DNA of 64,000 bases from Ptychomitrium polyphyllum. Taxonomy: Eukaryota. The notes under the pieces are model-generated. The model was not told the origin of the DNA. It did not search any database and was given only the letters and a program-made list of their open reading frames with translations. The DNA lies in assembly GCA_973851085.1 (NCBI GenBank), contig OZ316775.1, positions 124,001 through 188,000 on the forward strand, written 5' to 3'. Of this stretch, positions 11,800-25,776 are shown piece by piece (positions within the stretch are counted from its first letter, which is position 1; each line of letters begins with the position of its first letter). The position numbers and the translations under genes were made by a program.

Positions 11800-14700
11800 T
11801 GATGTCAAAAGAAGACAATTAAGTTACATTCAATGAAGCATGTAAAAGAGTTAAAATTAGAAATTAAACAGCTTTGTAAAGCTATGAAAAGATTACAAAA
11901 ACCTTGAGCAATTGCAACATTGCAAGGTATTCATAGATCTCAAAGACAACATGAGACTACAACATCTAAAGGAACAAATTATAAATACCCTAAATTGAGT
12001 CTTCTTGAAAAACTTAATTGAGACCGTACATTAGTTTGAGGTTTTATAAATCAAATTCAATTACTTATGTTTATGCAATTACTTTGTAATCCTGCCCCAT
12101 CCTCACAAATTGGATTAATTGTATTGGATTAAATGAACATTACTTAGTTGCACAACTTTAAATTGGTTTTCTTCCTTTTCAGAAAAAATTCACCATTATT
12201 ATATGACTTTGAAGGCTCTGTTTTTATTGTAGAAGTAATGATCATTAGCTTTTAGATTGCCTTAAAAAACCAATCCAATTTTGTATTTGAAAACCCAAGC
12301 CCAATATACATATTGATAGAAAAAAAACCACAAATATTCAATCTCAATACAAGCATATAATTGAATTTTGTAAAAAATCACAACAAGGTCATTTGATAAT
12401 TTCCAATCTTTTTAAAAAAAAATTTAGTTCCAATTATAATTCTTATAAATGATAAGAAAATTGATGCTAATGCACTTAAAGATTCTTGAGCTACAACGTT
12501 TAGTATAAATATTATTTTTATTTTTAAAAATACAAATTATCAATAACACTTAGGAATAACACAATAAATGTGAAAGTTGTTGATGGTAGGTATTGCAACC
12601 CTAGCAATGCACCTTAACAAATGTCATGCATGCCAACCCTATACACCTCTATATGTACATGGTTAGCCTCCATTTTCACTTTCTAAGCTCCAGGCTTGGT
12701 TTCTAATTCTTCTTATTCATTTCTTTTAAGACATCCAATTGGCGGGTAGCCAATGGTTAGGTGCGGGCTTCCATTCATGTCTAAGGCCTCACTTGATGTT
12801 ACTCCCATTCCACACGGTTATCCACACTTAGTAATGTCTCCTCACCACTACTTATAATTTCCATGTGATCCCATAATTACCTGGGCCAATATAGTATCGG
12901 CATGAAAACACAACCCCAATATAATGACAATTCGCGCACACTTTAGAACTTACTACTTTCTTTCATAAAACAAGCCATCCACTAGCTTACAATGATGTAG
13001 GAGTCTCCGTGGTGAAGCCCCAACACTAGTTCCATCTACCAAGACTCAATCTTGGTTACTACCAAGATACTATGGAAATGAGGAGAGGGACCAGCCTTCC
13101 CTATAGTACTTGTTGTGAGATTTGGCAGGCTCCTTGGCCCTCTGTAGCTGGCCGAAACCCAACACACCCAAAACTTTGGAAGACCACCCAATTTTCCCAA
13201 GGACTTAGCCGCTCAGAGTCTCCGTAACTTCTTGCGGACCTTCAGAGTTTCATATCTACCATGTCCGATCTTTGAATTTATCAAGCAACCATTCTATCAT
13301 CTTTTATTCTTTATATAGATGCCAATTGACTTTTCAAACGTCTAATTTTAATTAGTATTCTGTGAAATATGCATCTCCTAAGGTTTGACACTTCTGGGAA
13401 GTCCTTTCCTACACTGTTTCAGTCCAGAACAATCACAGTCTAGGACTACCACAATTCTGGACTGCCACAGTTTAGAACAGCCTCTAGGCAACTTCAACTT
13501 TGGGATTCCATATTCTTTAGCTCCATTGTCCAATTTAAGCGATCGTTAGCATTCTAGAATCAACTCGTCGTGAGGCATTCAATGCTTATAACTTTTCCCT
13601 CGTGGCTCTTTATCTTTGTCGGTAAAGATGCTTCTCCACCTCAAAGTCCTTTCCCACATTAAGCCTACTTGGGTTACCTCACCATTGGCACCACAAGTCC
13701 CAGACGTCAATCTGAAGTCTCCCTTGTGTCCTTAGTGTTCCGAGCACTTCTCAAGGAGAGATGCACAATAGTAGGAGTATTGAATCTAAAGTAACAATTT
13801 CCAAATTTAAACTATTAGATATTGGTTTATATAATCACATGTGCAAAGCGGCTTTCAATATCATTAAGTTGCCAAATAATCCTATTATTTTTGAGCAAAA
13901 TTAATTGGAAGTTTACAATCCAAAAATAGATTGACAAAATAAAGAATTAAGATTTTCAAAAAATATATAATATAATAAAAAAAAATCTTAAAAGTGAGCC
14001 TCAAGATAAGGATAATTTTATTTTTTTTGAAAAGAATCAATTGTAATGTCAAAATAAAAGATATTTAAGAAAAGGTTCATTTTAAAACAAAATTATAGGA
14101 ATAGAAGTACTAATTTCAAAAAAAATTTGATGGAGGGAGCTTAAGTTTTTATGTGTGTAACTAAACAACAAAAAAAAATCACTATTTATATTATACCAAC
14201 AAAGAAAAATTATAACTTATGAATTTAAATTCCTATTTAATTTTAAGATTTTGTTAATATATATATTTTTTAAATGTTGATGTGCTTCTAGAACATCAAC
14301 CATATGATTGCGCTATGGATCTTCAAGAAAGTGTTCAACCACCATTTGGACCAATTTATAACTTATCAAAGAACAAATTTATATAATTATAAAAATATAT
14401 TGATGGCAATCTTGATAAAATATTCATTCAACATTCAAAGTTATTTGCTAAGGCATTTATATTATTTGTAAAGAAAAAAATGGTTTGTTATGTATATGTG
14501 TGGATTTCAAAGGCTTCAATAAATTAACAACTAAAACCACTGTCTTTTATTACTAATTTAAAATCTTTTAAAATATATAGGAAGTGCTAATTTTTTTGCA
14601 AAGATTGACTTATGTAGTATTTATAATTTAATATGCATTAAAGAAGGTGATGAATGAAAGACAATTTTTCAAATAAAGTATGGTCTTTTTGAATATCTTG

Positions 14701-15975
14701 TTACGCCATTTGAACTTAATAATGCTCCAGCTGTGTTTCAATATATGATGAATGACATTTTTATTGAACATCTTAATAATTTTGTAGTCATTTATCTTGA
14801 TGACAATTAAAATTTTTTAAATAATGAAGAAGACCATAAAAAACATGTTTGTTTAGTTTTACACAAACTTCGAAAAATGGACTTTTATACAAAATTAGAG
14901 AAATGTAAAATAATTTACTTGGAATGATCAAATACAATATCTTTTGATAGTCTTAAAACAACATTTTTTCTTGCATTCATTTTGATACATGTTGATTTTA
15001 TCAAACTTTTCATGTTGGAAATTGTTGCCTCAAATTATGCTCTTGAAGCTATCTTATTTCAACATGGTGATGATGACCATCTTCATCTTGTCATATTCTA
15101 TTATTAAAAGCTTACAATACCAAAAATTAATTATAAAATTCATGATAAAGAATTATTAACAATTGTAGCTTCTTTTGAAGTTAGCATCATTTTTAAAAGG
15201 AGTACAATACCAAATCATAATCTATATTGACCATTAAAACCTTGGAATATTTTATAATTGCAACTGTTTTAAATTGACGCAAAACTTGTTAGAATATATT
15301 TAAATCACAATTTGAATTTCTTATCACTATTTAGCCTGGTTGTTATAAAAGGAAATGTGATGCTTTATAATGCTGTTCTTATTTTGCATTCCAAAAAAGA
15401 GATGAAACATTAGATTTATAAACAATATTATTCTAAAATCTGAATACTTGAACCTTCATTCTTTGATAAATACTCTTTTAAAAACTTTGCCAATTATTAA
15501 AGAAAATTAAAAAAGATCCTAAAACAGACCCTCTTATTAAAAATGTAAAATTACAATTGGAATTATGAAAATCTAAGAATTTTGAATTTTAAAATGAATT
15601 ATTATTTTATAAGAATTTATTATATGTTCATCTTGGAACAACTAAATTTCAAATTCTTTAGGCATGTCACAATTTTTGAAGTACAAGACATTTAAGATGT
15701 AACAAAAATTTTGAATTAATATCTAAAGATCATTGGTGGCTGCAAATGTGGAGTTTAATTAAAGATTATATCCAGCCATATAATATTTGTTCTTGAACAA
15801 AATGTATACGCCATTATTCACATGGACTTGCAACTATTACCTACATTAAAATGACTTTTGAACATTAATGTTTACAAATTTTATCATTGATCTTCCAACT
15901 TTGCTTGATTTTGATTTTTTTCTTGTAATAGTTGACCACTTAATTAAAATGTCATATTTTATACCTTATAAAAAA
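11800..15975 (+). mobile_element. Highly degenerate Ty3/gypsy gag-protease-RT-RNase H-integrase, interrupted by a solo LTR
   Basis: Gag-like PKLSLLEKLN*DRT..GFINQIQL (~11990-12060). Protease ALKDS*AT and VKVVDGR|SIES...YNPKID*. RT PPFGPIYNLS, FEYLVTPFELNNAPAVFQYMMNDIF and VIYLDD. RNase H ASNYAL and NYKIHDKELLTIV. Integrase HWWLQMW and FIIDLP...LVIVDHLIKMSYFIP. Confidence 0.88.
12591..13770 (-). mobile_element. Solo LTR (family A), 1180 bp, with 5-bp target-site duplication GTAGG
   Basis: GTAGG at 12586-12590 and 13771-13775. Termini are TATTG...CAATA. Removing the insert plus one TSD copy rejoins the host protease frame (VKVVDGRSIES). The right half is homologous to 3615-4110 in reverse orientation. 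Confidence 0.85.
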
Positions 15976-17550
15976 TCAAGATGCTACTTTAAGCACTTAA
16001 ATCTTATGGCACATTTGGCCAAGTAACAAATAAGCGTCTAAATTGCATTACAATGGTTACATATTAATATTGATGGTGGTGGTAGTAGGATGGAATAATC
16101 TACTTAAAATGCAATGCAATATGGAGAACATGAAGTGGTCCTTCATTCTTTCTAAAATATTCTTTGTAATGTGCAATTAGAAGAATATTTAATTTTTTTA
16201 ATTTTAAAGAACATTTTCAAAGTATGATGGGAAGTGGAGTTGCAATATATGACTATAATAATCAATCAATGTAAACAAATATTACAAGCAAGTGGACCAT
16301 GTATTTTTAGCATGTACAATCAAGGAGCTTTGACATTTGTATTAAAAAGAAAATATTAAATTCCATTTTTGATGTAGAAGGTGGAGTAAAGACAATCTAA
16401 AATACTTGTTGGATCTTTGGTATTAAAAATATGGAAGTGGTATTTGAAAAAAAGAGAACAACCATGTCTATGATAGATGGTTATTTGGAACATAGAACTA
16501 GTAAATATCAGAATAAAAAAACATTATTATCACAATATTGGATAAAAACAAGGTATAATGTTCTTATTGAAACCACAAAATATAGCTTATATTATCCTTA
16601 TTCCTTACGTGATTGAATTACAAGATAAAATGACGGCCTAAGAATACATGGAAAGATGGTTGTAGAAGTGACAACAATAAAAGCCATTTAATTGTCATTC
16701 TATTGCTACTATTTGTTGATTGCAATAATAAATATAAAACTTGAATCTTAAATTGTTACATCCAAGACTTTATGAATAAAAGGAGTAGAAACTTCTCATG
16801 GACTTGGACACTTAGTATCACACAACGCCTTGAATATCTAAAGTTTTACTAGGAAATACTAAAAATTCATTCAAATCTTAGTGGGTGCCAAAACGGTGGC
16901 AGTTATGTACATTTAGAGCTTTCCCACCTTGAGGTATAAGCCAAGGAACCCAAAATTCAAGAATGGAGGGATTTCACATGTTTTGGGACTTTGAGAATAA
17001 TTTATTTGCAACAATTGTGAACTACCTTTAAAAAAACGTCGAAGTCAAATTTTGGAGACTCCAAATTCCATACTCATATACAACCAAAAGTAAGGGAAAT
17101 TCAGTGGGCATGCATTAAGATCCTACTGTTGATTTAACAGACTCTTACTGTGGGAGGGCAAACATTTCAGAAGGAACGGGTCTGCTCGATGACAACACCA
17201 AAGGGGTGATTGAGTGCAGGAAATGGACAGGTAACAAGGCCAAAGCCACCACCAGAAGTCATTGTGGTAGCCGTGTGAAGCGGGGCGGAGCTGAAACAGG
17301 AAAGCCGGTCGCCAGCACAGTAGGAGAGCAGCGCAACAGGCAGCGCGAGAGCGGCCCAGCGAAGGAGCTCCCCTTCTTCGTCCACACCCGACGAGAACGG
17401 ATTGTCGTACCCGCCCTCTCGCCCTCGCCCTCGCCCTCTGCTGCAATCACCCGCTGCTTCGTGTCAGCCATCGCTGCTGCGGCGTGAGCTCGGGGAGCTC
17501 GTCCGTTTCCTCGATTCGAACGCTTCGTTGTGGAGGTAGAACCGGAGCAT

Positions 17551-17558
17551 TAGGGTTT
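17551..17558 (-). promoter_or_regulatory. Telo-box (AAACCCTA) in the GC-rich 5' region of the SAPS gene; mirror copy at 51405-51412
   Basis: TAGGGTTT at 17551-17558 lies within the GC-rich leader upstream of the ATG at 18167. It is a short motif and function is only inferred. Confidence 0.4.
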
Positions 17559-18166
17559 GGCGCGGGGCGCTTCTCTGTTTCCTACGTTGGGAACGGGAGG
17601 GCAGCGACTGAGTGTTGTGGAGCGTGGACGGCGCTGCGGGCGCGGACGAATCCCAGGTCTGTTGGCGCGGCGGGAGCGCGGGAGAGGAGTTTTGGCTGTG
17701 GATGCCGTGCATTCTGATGCTGTGGAGGGGAGTTCGGGAGGAGTGGGAGTGGCGGCTGTGTTTGTGAGAAGGGAATGAAGGTGTGGATGCAACCGGGTCT
17801 GCAGAGGGGGGCGTGTATGAAGTGCCGGGATAGAGGTTGGCGCTAAAGATCGTATGAGCGAGATCACAGTGCAAGGAGCTCGGCTGAGCGGATTTTGTGC
17901 CGTTCTGTCGCAAGGAGGAGCGTGGGAGGGGATTCTGGGAAGACTGAGGCGCAGGATTGGTTGGTGGAGTGGGGTTATTGTTGGGCGGGAAGGTGGAGTT
18001 GACGAGGTGTCCGTTAGCAACACAGATCTTTTCCGGGAAAACCAGGTGGTGTAGTGGAGGAGCGCAAGCGGAAAGCGTTTCTCCGTCCGGCAGCGGCCGA
18101 GCTCCGAACAGCTAGAGAGATTCAGGGCGGCAAGAATCAACAGAGATTGAAGGCTTTCTGAAAAAA

Positions 18167-21100
18167 ATGTTTTGGCGAGTAGCTGGTCTATCGACTACTT
18201 CTCCGGTGAGTCGTTCTCTGCAATTGTGGCGGGCTGCGGTGCGGAAGAGAGGGGAAGGCAGCTGTCTTATGTGATTGTTCTGGTTAGAGGGACGGCTTGT
18301 CTGTCGAGTCTGCACAAACTGTGTCGAGGGGCCTTGGTTTTTCCCTGTCCCTTCGTATGGGAATCTAAATCGCTTTTAGAGTCGGTTCTGCCGAAATTGT
18401 GCATTACCAGGACTACTGATGGTACGTCATGTGCATTTTTGACGTCGAAATACGGTGGCAGTTGAGATTGACCGGGTCCTAGAGCTCAGTGCAAGCTGCA
18501 ATGAGCTTGTGATTCGAATCAGCAGCAAGATGATCTTTTTTCGCACATGAGAGATGCTGCGATTATGAGGAACGCGACAGTGTCTCTCAATAATGAGGGG
18601 CAATATATGCGATTTTTTTTGGACGTTGGTGGTTTGACCTATCGCTGGTATCGCATTACGAATTTCGCATTATACAGTCCCTCCGGCGAATTCTCGCAAC
18701 ACTCCAGCTGATTGTGTCGTCGTTTCAAAGTGGAATGCAAGATGTACATGGCTCAGTACGTCTTTGCGTATTGAGGCGTGATCATGTGGTTGCAGGTTAG
18801 AAACAGAGCTCGATTGCAGTCTCGTCGATCTTTAAGGCCTGGTAGTTTTTGGTTAACGTCCTTTGGAAAACCAATAAGTACACGATGGTAGTTGCCTTGC
18901 AAGCTCGGAACATTGTACTTCCGCCCAGTAGAGTGAGAGCACCTTGGTGGCCATAGAAGTCTGCTTCTAACTTTCCGCATGGTCATTTGCACACCGGTTG
19001 TGTGAGGACATAAGTGCAATTCATCTCTTGCGTCGACAGTTAAGAGGATGGTGGCATGCTGTATGTTGTAGGTATCGAAAATGAGATGATGTGCCGGTGT
19101 AGGGAGGGGTTTTACAATGGTAGGGCCAACCTATCTAATGTGTAGCGTAAGCCTGGATGCTCTGCTTCGAGGGTTACTGGTGGCGGCGTGGAAATTTGAT
19201 GAAATCGTGGGGTATAGAGACGTCTGTATGTCAAACACTTTATTACTGCATGTTTCAAAGAACGGGTTTGCCCATTTCTGGAGCATCTGTGCAGAATAGT
19301 AAGGGTTGGCGCAGGTTGAACTGACTGTTGAATTGGCATGTCCGTGTTCGTCCAGGTTGAGTCGGTGCTTGATAAAGATGGCTACACCTTGGAGGAACTC
19401 CTGGACGAGGATGAAATCATCCAGGAGTGCAAAGCTCTCAACAGCCGCCTTATTAATTTGTAAGTATCCACGCCAATGGTCGTGGTTATGCTCAATGTGG
19501 AGTTTGTCCAGTTGATGCACTGTAGTTTGGCACCTTCGAACGCTGTAATTCAAATTGCTAAGCGCCCCAAAACGGATTCTATGCTTCCGTTGTTCCACCG
19601 TAGGACAAAGCTTCGTTTGCTTGCATGGTCCCACTGTTGATCAGAACTCATGCTTAGCGATGGAATGTATCTCAGATTTTGGAATGACCGTGATTTCTTT
19701 TACTGAGTTAGAACATGCACTGTGGGCAACCGTGCTTTTTATTAAGATCGTGCATTTGAAAAGCTGTTATCGTGATTGTTTACAGCATGCGTGGGAAGAC
19801 CCAAGTGCATGCGCTGCTCCGTTATGTAGTCGAGGAGCCACCTGAAAATGCAGATAGCAAGCGTGCATTTAAGTGAGTTGACCATAACCATAACCATACT
19901 TCTAATCATAACCGAACCTTTATTATTTGTACGAGTTTGAAGAAATTTAATCTGGGGAGTCCCTTGCATACTTGCATTTGGAAAGATTTTGATATCATGG
20001 GTTACAGCTGCCTGTGTCAAGACATTATGTGGGATTGATGCGGTTGCTGGACTGCAGTGCGTGGTTGGTTGCTGAGATTCTTATGTTCTGGTTCGTGCAG
20101 GTTTCCATTCATTGCATGCGAGATTTTCACGTGCGAGATAGATGTCATTTTCAAGACTTTAGTTGAGGATGAGGAGGTACAACTCATACGTCTTGATATA
20201 TAATGATAGTATGACCGCTAATGATGTAGAGGCTACGTGTTTATAGAGTTTTACAGGTACCATTTTGGAGGTCCTTGACATCCTTGCATCAAAGTTTGCA
20301 ATGTTACGTGTCGCGATGATTGTGACCCTGTCTCGATCAGGTTGTCCAGTGACGATCATTGCCTTGATTGATGAGGATTGAGTGCTGCGAGGTATATGGC
20401 AATGGATCTGTGCTTCCATTGTCTGATGGTGCACACGTTGTCTGTCATTGCAGATCATGAATTACCTCTTTTCATTTTTGGAGTCTGATCGACCGCATGG
20501 GACGTTGCTGGCAGGGTACTTTAGTAAGGTAAATACCGACGTGTAGTACGGGCGGCACTTCTCCGTGGTGGAGAGTCACGGATGGGGTTTCTGGGTTCTG
20601 TAGGACGTAGTCTTGAGTCGTCGCTGGTGTTTTTATGTTCTGTATGTTTGTGACGTTTTGTTGCCGATGTCTGAGAACTGGGTGATGTTGTAGTAGCTGG
20701 GACGTGCAGCAGAGTTCGGGTGGTTTTAATGAGCACTGATATTGAAAAACTGAGAGCGTGTTCTGCCGCGTTGCAATTTGCGGATGCAGGTGGTTATCTG
20801 CTTGTTGCTTAAGAAGACTGTTCCAGTGATGCGGTATTTACAAGTAAGACCCAGGGGACTGGATGACTCCTGATTTTATGCCTCTTCCCTTTCCTTTTTT
20901 ATTTTTGTAATTCTGGCACACGTCAACGTTGAACCAGTTTGTTTTTGATACATCTGTTTGGAAACACCACGATGCAATCCTGTGATTCAGCAAGATCTTT
21001 GTCTCTGATGTTCCGCTTCTGTTGATCTCGTCCAGGCTCACCAGGAGGTGTTAAAGAAATTGGTTGATTTGATTGGTATTACGTCCATCATGGAGGTGAG

Positions 21101-24100
21101 TTTGTTGCTGTCATCCACCTGGTAGCGTGATGATGTCCGGAAGCTATTTGTGTTTCTGCGGCGTGGTGTTGACCATTGGAATATTTGGTGCGTTGTTACG
21201 ACTGTGAGGGTGTGTGCACTTTGTAGGTTTTGGTACGGCTGGTGGGTGCAGACGAACATATATATGCGTTTCATGTGGATTCGCTGCAATGGCTGGCAGA
21301 CACTGATCTTCTGGAGATGCTCGTAGACAAGCTTAGCCCGCCGGTACTTCCGTCCTACACCATCTTGTGTGCTGTTTGGGCAGTAGTTCGTGAGGGTGCT
21401 GTTGGCCGGCAAGGAGGGTGCTTGAATGTGAATGGGTCGGTGTCGGTGTTGGCAGCTTTTCCACGTGCTGTGATGGTGAGGAGATTGTCAGGCAGGTTAG
21501 TGTCGGTTGGGCGCACAAGTGTGGCTGCCATGTTTGGTGGTCCATGCATCCTGGTCAGCTGATGGATGTTGTATCTTGCTTTGGTGCAGAATTCGTCAGA
21601 GGTGCATGCAAACGCTGCTGAGACATTGTCGGCTGTGACGCGCATAGCTCCATCGGCACTGGCTTCAAAGCTGTCGAGTCCAAAGTACGTGCTCTGGGCG
21701 TTCATCGTTCGTTTTGTAGTGTTTACGAATCGTTTAGATTGACCAGCGGTGTGCCGTATAGACGGCCATGTCCTATGAAGCATGCAGTCTCAGAGCAATG
21801 AGCTTTCTTCTGGGAGGGAGTGGCATATTTTGGCGCGTTTGGTCATGATGGGAAGGCTGGTGTTAGTGGTGCATCGCATTTGCTGTAGGGACTGGTTTCA
21901 GATTTACTCCAGGTTTCATTCATTTTGTCGTCGGTTGCTTATGTGAGTCTGCAACATTGTGTTGCAGGTTTGTGGGGCGCCTATTTCACCACGTACTGGA
22001 AGATCCGGAATCAAAGTCCACCCTTGTGCATTCACTTTCTGTGTGTATATCTCTGTTGGATCCAAAGAGGGCTGCTAGTGTTGCAGCCGCAGGTGCCGCT
22101 CGTGGGCAGCACGTGACTGAGCCCGTGACCACTGCAAACCCGGAGACAGTGGAAGGCATGCTTCAAAGGCTAGGTGAGGTGGCGGAGCGTGCAACACTTG
22201 ATGCGAGGATTGGGATTCGAGCTTCAGGAGTGTAGTCGAGAGGATGATGGAATAGGCAATGGGAGCTTTTCTGACGGAAAGGGGGTGGGGTGGTTATGTG
22301 GACTTTTCGCTTATGAGCAGTGTTATGTTTCGTTTTTGTGTGTGCAGGTGACTTGCTCGCAGTGTTGGATGTGTCTAAGGATGAGAAGATGTTGCCTACC
22401 ACGTATGGGCGGCTTCAGCCACCTCTGGGGATTCACAGGCTGAAGGTAGGAGCCGGGCTCTGGTCATGCGTATGTGAAGTTGTAGACGATGGTAGCGGGG
22501 TAGAGTGGTCCTTCCTTTGAGCACACATCAATTGGGCGATGAAATGTCACGCTGTTCTGATGTTGTGGACGTGTGGGCAGATCGTGGAGTTCATTGCGGT
22601 TCTTCTGAGGGCAAACAGCGAAGGTGCTAGACACGAGTTGGTGAAGTCGGGAGCCATCCAACTAGTGCTGAAGCTGTTTTTTGAGTACGTTGACCAGTTC
22701 TCTGGGTTGCATAGATACTTGTTTGTGCGAGTGTTGTTGGATTTGGCTGAGTGCGGTATGAGGCGGCCAAATATGATGACCTCGAGCTTGATGCATGATC
22801 AATGTTGCGTTGGTTGGTTTTGTGTTTTGCGGTGGGGCAGTTACCCGTTCAACAATATGCTGCACCATCATGTGGAGAGTATCGTGACGTCGTGCTTGGA
22901 GAGCAACAATAAAGAGTTGATTGACCACTTGTTTCAAGCGTGCAAATTTCTGGATAAATTATTGGCTGCGGACGAGAACCCGTATGCGCCTGACAGTCAT
23001 GCAGAGGTACTGTAGCATGGCGACTAAGTCTCATTTGGCAGCTGTGAGTCTGCTATGGATGTGCTTCGTTTAATTTTCTTGATAGTTGGGAGGTGTTTGG
23101 TGTTTCGAGCAAGTTTATTGACAGTTAACCTGGCTGGTGGAGTAGGACGACCGCCGTCATCTATGGTGGTAGCTTTTCTTGATGGAGAGATGAGTCTGCT
23201 CTTGCGAGAATGCAAGTTGAATGTTCGTCTGGGTCTACTGTTTTGTCGAGGTGGAGTTGCTTGAGTTTGACCCGGGTGATTGATGTGCAGCCAAAGCCAG
23301 CAGTGAGTAAGTCACCGACGAGGATAGGGAACATGGGACATCTTACGCGTCTTGCTAACAGGATCAATCAGGCGTCTAACTCGAACCCTACTATTCAAGG
23401 CCATCTACAGGTCCGTCGTGTCCCATCATTACTGGGTCCAGTTGTGCTGCACGCAGATGATTTGCAGCTGTTGGCTGACATATGGTCGGTGAGTTTGCAG
23501 GGCAATCCAAAGTGGAGCGAATGGGTGTCGAAAGTTTTGCAGCAACGGAACTTGATCGAGAACGTGTTCCAGTGGTCGTGCGGGTATGTGTGGCGGAAAA
23601 GGATGATTGGTGGCATTTTGGTGCATATCTTTTGATGTTGATGCCGGGCAATTCCAGCCTGATAGGGTCAGGTTATGATGGAAGGGAATGTTTGTGGTGG
23701 AGATGGTACAGCAGAGGTCTCTGGTTTGTGTGGTGAAAGTTTTTTTTGAACGGGTGCGAGATTGCAACTGAGGATGTTCTGGTGTTTATGTGCAGTCGAC
23801 CGACAGCTGTACATGATCGGCCTGTAGATAATGACGAGGATGACTTCCCTGATAGAGATTATGACATATCGACAATGGCGAATAACATAAATCGTGAGGT
23901 TTATCGTTACGGCATGTTTGATAACGATGATGCGGAAGAGGTATGTCCGAATCTGGTGTGCTGGATCTTCGGCCCTTGGCAGGCGGAAGTGTCGTTTGCA
24001 TTTGGTATGTTGTGCAAATGTTGCAATGGCATACTGCAATAGAAGTGTTTTGTGAAGGAATCTACTGATGTGTACTTGGTATCGTACTTGAATGTGGGCT

Positions 24101-25776
24101 TTGCAATGAGCAGGGTCACGGGGCAATGGAGAGAGATGAGGAGGTATGACCCGTTACATGACCTGTTAGAAGTCTTTCTGCGTTGTTTTCTTTCTGGAAC
24201 GTTGTCGTCTTGTGGTCTCACTTTGTCAGATGTGTTATATGTTGTAGCCGAGGTGTTGTGTTTCGAGGTCAGGATGTGTGTTTCGAGTGTTGAATAAACG
24301 CTTTGGGATGCAACTGAGCGTTGGCGGTGTGTGCAGGACATGTTTTTTGACGACGAGTCTGCTGAAGTTGTGATATCATCGTTGCGACTCGGTGAAGAGC
24401 AGGACAGGTGTTTAGGTTCTCCTCATGTTTTCTGTTGGTGAATCTTGAGGGCACTTTGCGTCGGGTTCATCGTATTGCGACATGTTGGGTGCTAACGTCT
24501 GGAATGGAGAGGATTGGATGGAGAGTGGCTTGGTTTACTGTGTGCTTCTGTTCCGAAACTGACTCCCGTGATTGGTGACGCAGTGGTAGGTCGGAGAGCA
24601 TGTTTGGTCCGAACTCGAACTGGTTTGCGTTTCAGGACGATTTTACCAGGTCAACGGAGGAGTCCACTCCAACTTTCCTGATAACATCTCCACCTCGGAA
24701 CGAGGGTGGACCATCTGGTAACGTTGTGTCACCCCCGAATAGTAGTGGAGACAGTAGCAGCGACGACGAAGTGGTTCTGGGAGAGGACGAAGACCTTGTG
24801 GACACTGCCAGTTCGGCTCATGATAGTGCGAGAATGAGCGGAAAGGTGGAGGACAGGCTTGTGAACGGACTGGAGCACGAAGGCTTAGGCAGTCCAACAT
24901 TCCGTTATATAGAGGAGACGGAATTAAGCTCAAAACTGGAGAGAGTTGATCTGTCGGACAACCCCTCATCGTTCCCACAACGACAGCAGGAACCCGGTGC
25001 AGGTGCTGTGAATGTCGTTGTTAAGCTGATGCTGTGGGGAATTGTGTGGTGGCATGTGTGATGGTGTTTCTCGATGAGCGTTTGTAAGCCCTTGGTTGAC
25101 GGGTGTGGAGAATGACGGAGTGGATTTCGGGTGGTTTTGGAATGTTTCGGGAATGAGTATTTTATACAAGTACTGAGAGCAAGGTTTGTGTGGGCACAGC
25201 TGGTTCAGGGTTGACAGGGGGGTTGCATGTGTTTGATGATAAGAACCCATTTGATGTGGATTTTCCAGACCACGTGGGGCCAGCTGGGGAGGCAGCCGTT
25301 TCTAGTGAAGGCGGATCAAAAGGTGTGACACTTGATTCGGAACCTACAGTCAGCCCTGCTGAGTTTGTGCATGAGCTTGTGCCAGCGGAAGGACACATGA
25401 TCAATCCAATAACAGGTGAATCATGAATATGACGTCGCTACATCTTTGTATTCGTTTGAGGTTCCAAAGCAACTGTAGGCTTTTGGAGCTGCGTGTTTGC
25501 GTGGTGGCAGTGGGCATGATTGTTTGTTCATTGTGCTAACCTTGAGGATGTGCCGCAGGTGAAGAAGTTGCAGGTGTAGAGCCAGACGGCACGATCAAAG
25601 CCATGGAAAAGATGCTGAAGGAGGGAGTCGTAGGCGAGGCTGTACCCATGTTTAAGGATGAGCGTCACGAGAGTGAAGTGGAGGGTGAAGCGAAGGATCC
25701 CGCTAGTGGGAATTCGGACTTCAATGACGTGAATTATTGGCGCAGCGAGTACTCGCAATCGGTGGTGGAGGAGTAG
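18167..25776 (+). CDS. SIT4 phosphatase-associated protein (SAPS domain; protein phosphatase 6 regulatory subunit PP6R-like), 21 coding exons, ~860 aa
   Basis: Exons: 18167-18205, 19356-19459, 19786-19872, 20101-20176, 20454-20528, 20790-20843, 21036-21095, 21227-21343, 21590-21684, 21968-22173, 22348-22445, 22581-22684, 22841-23006, 23291-23410, 23501-23583, 23796-23940, 24114-24143, 24337-24407, 24584-25002, 25200-25415, 25559-25776. All introns are GT-AG with consistent phases; total 2583 nt. Motifs: MFWRVAGLSTTSPVESVLDK..TLEELLDEDEIIQECKALNSRLINF, KFPFIACEIFTCEI, LAGYFSKVV, TTYGRLQPPLGIHRLK, PFNNMLHHHVE, GNMGHLTRLAN, FNDVNYWR. Confidence 0.95.

Noticed and set aside
17123..18140. Multiple long overlapping ORFs (up to 196 aa) in the GC-rich SAPS leader, and their mirrors at 50823-51759
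   Set aside because: Low-complexity R/P/S-rich translations in all frames are expected from high GC. There are no recognisable domains, and the region is the promoter/5' UTR.
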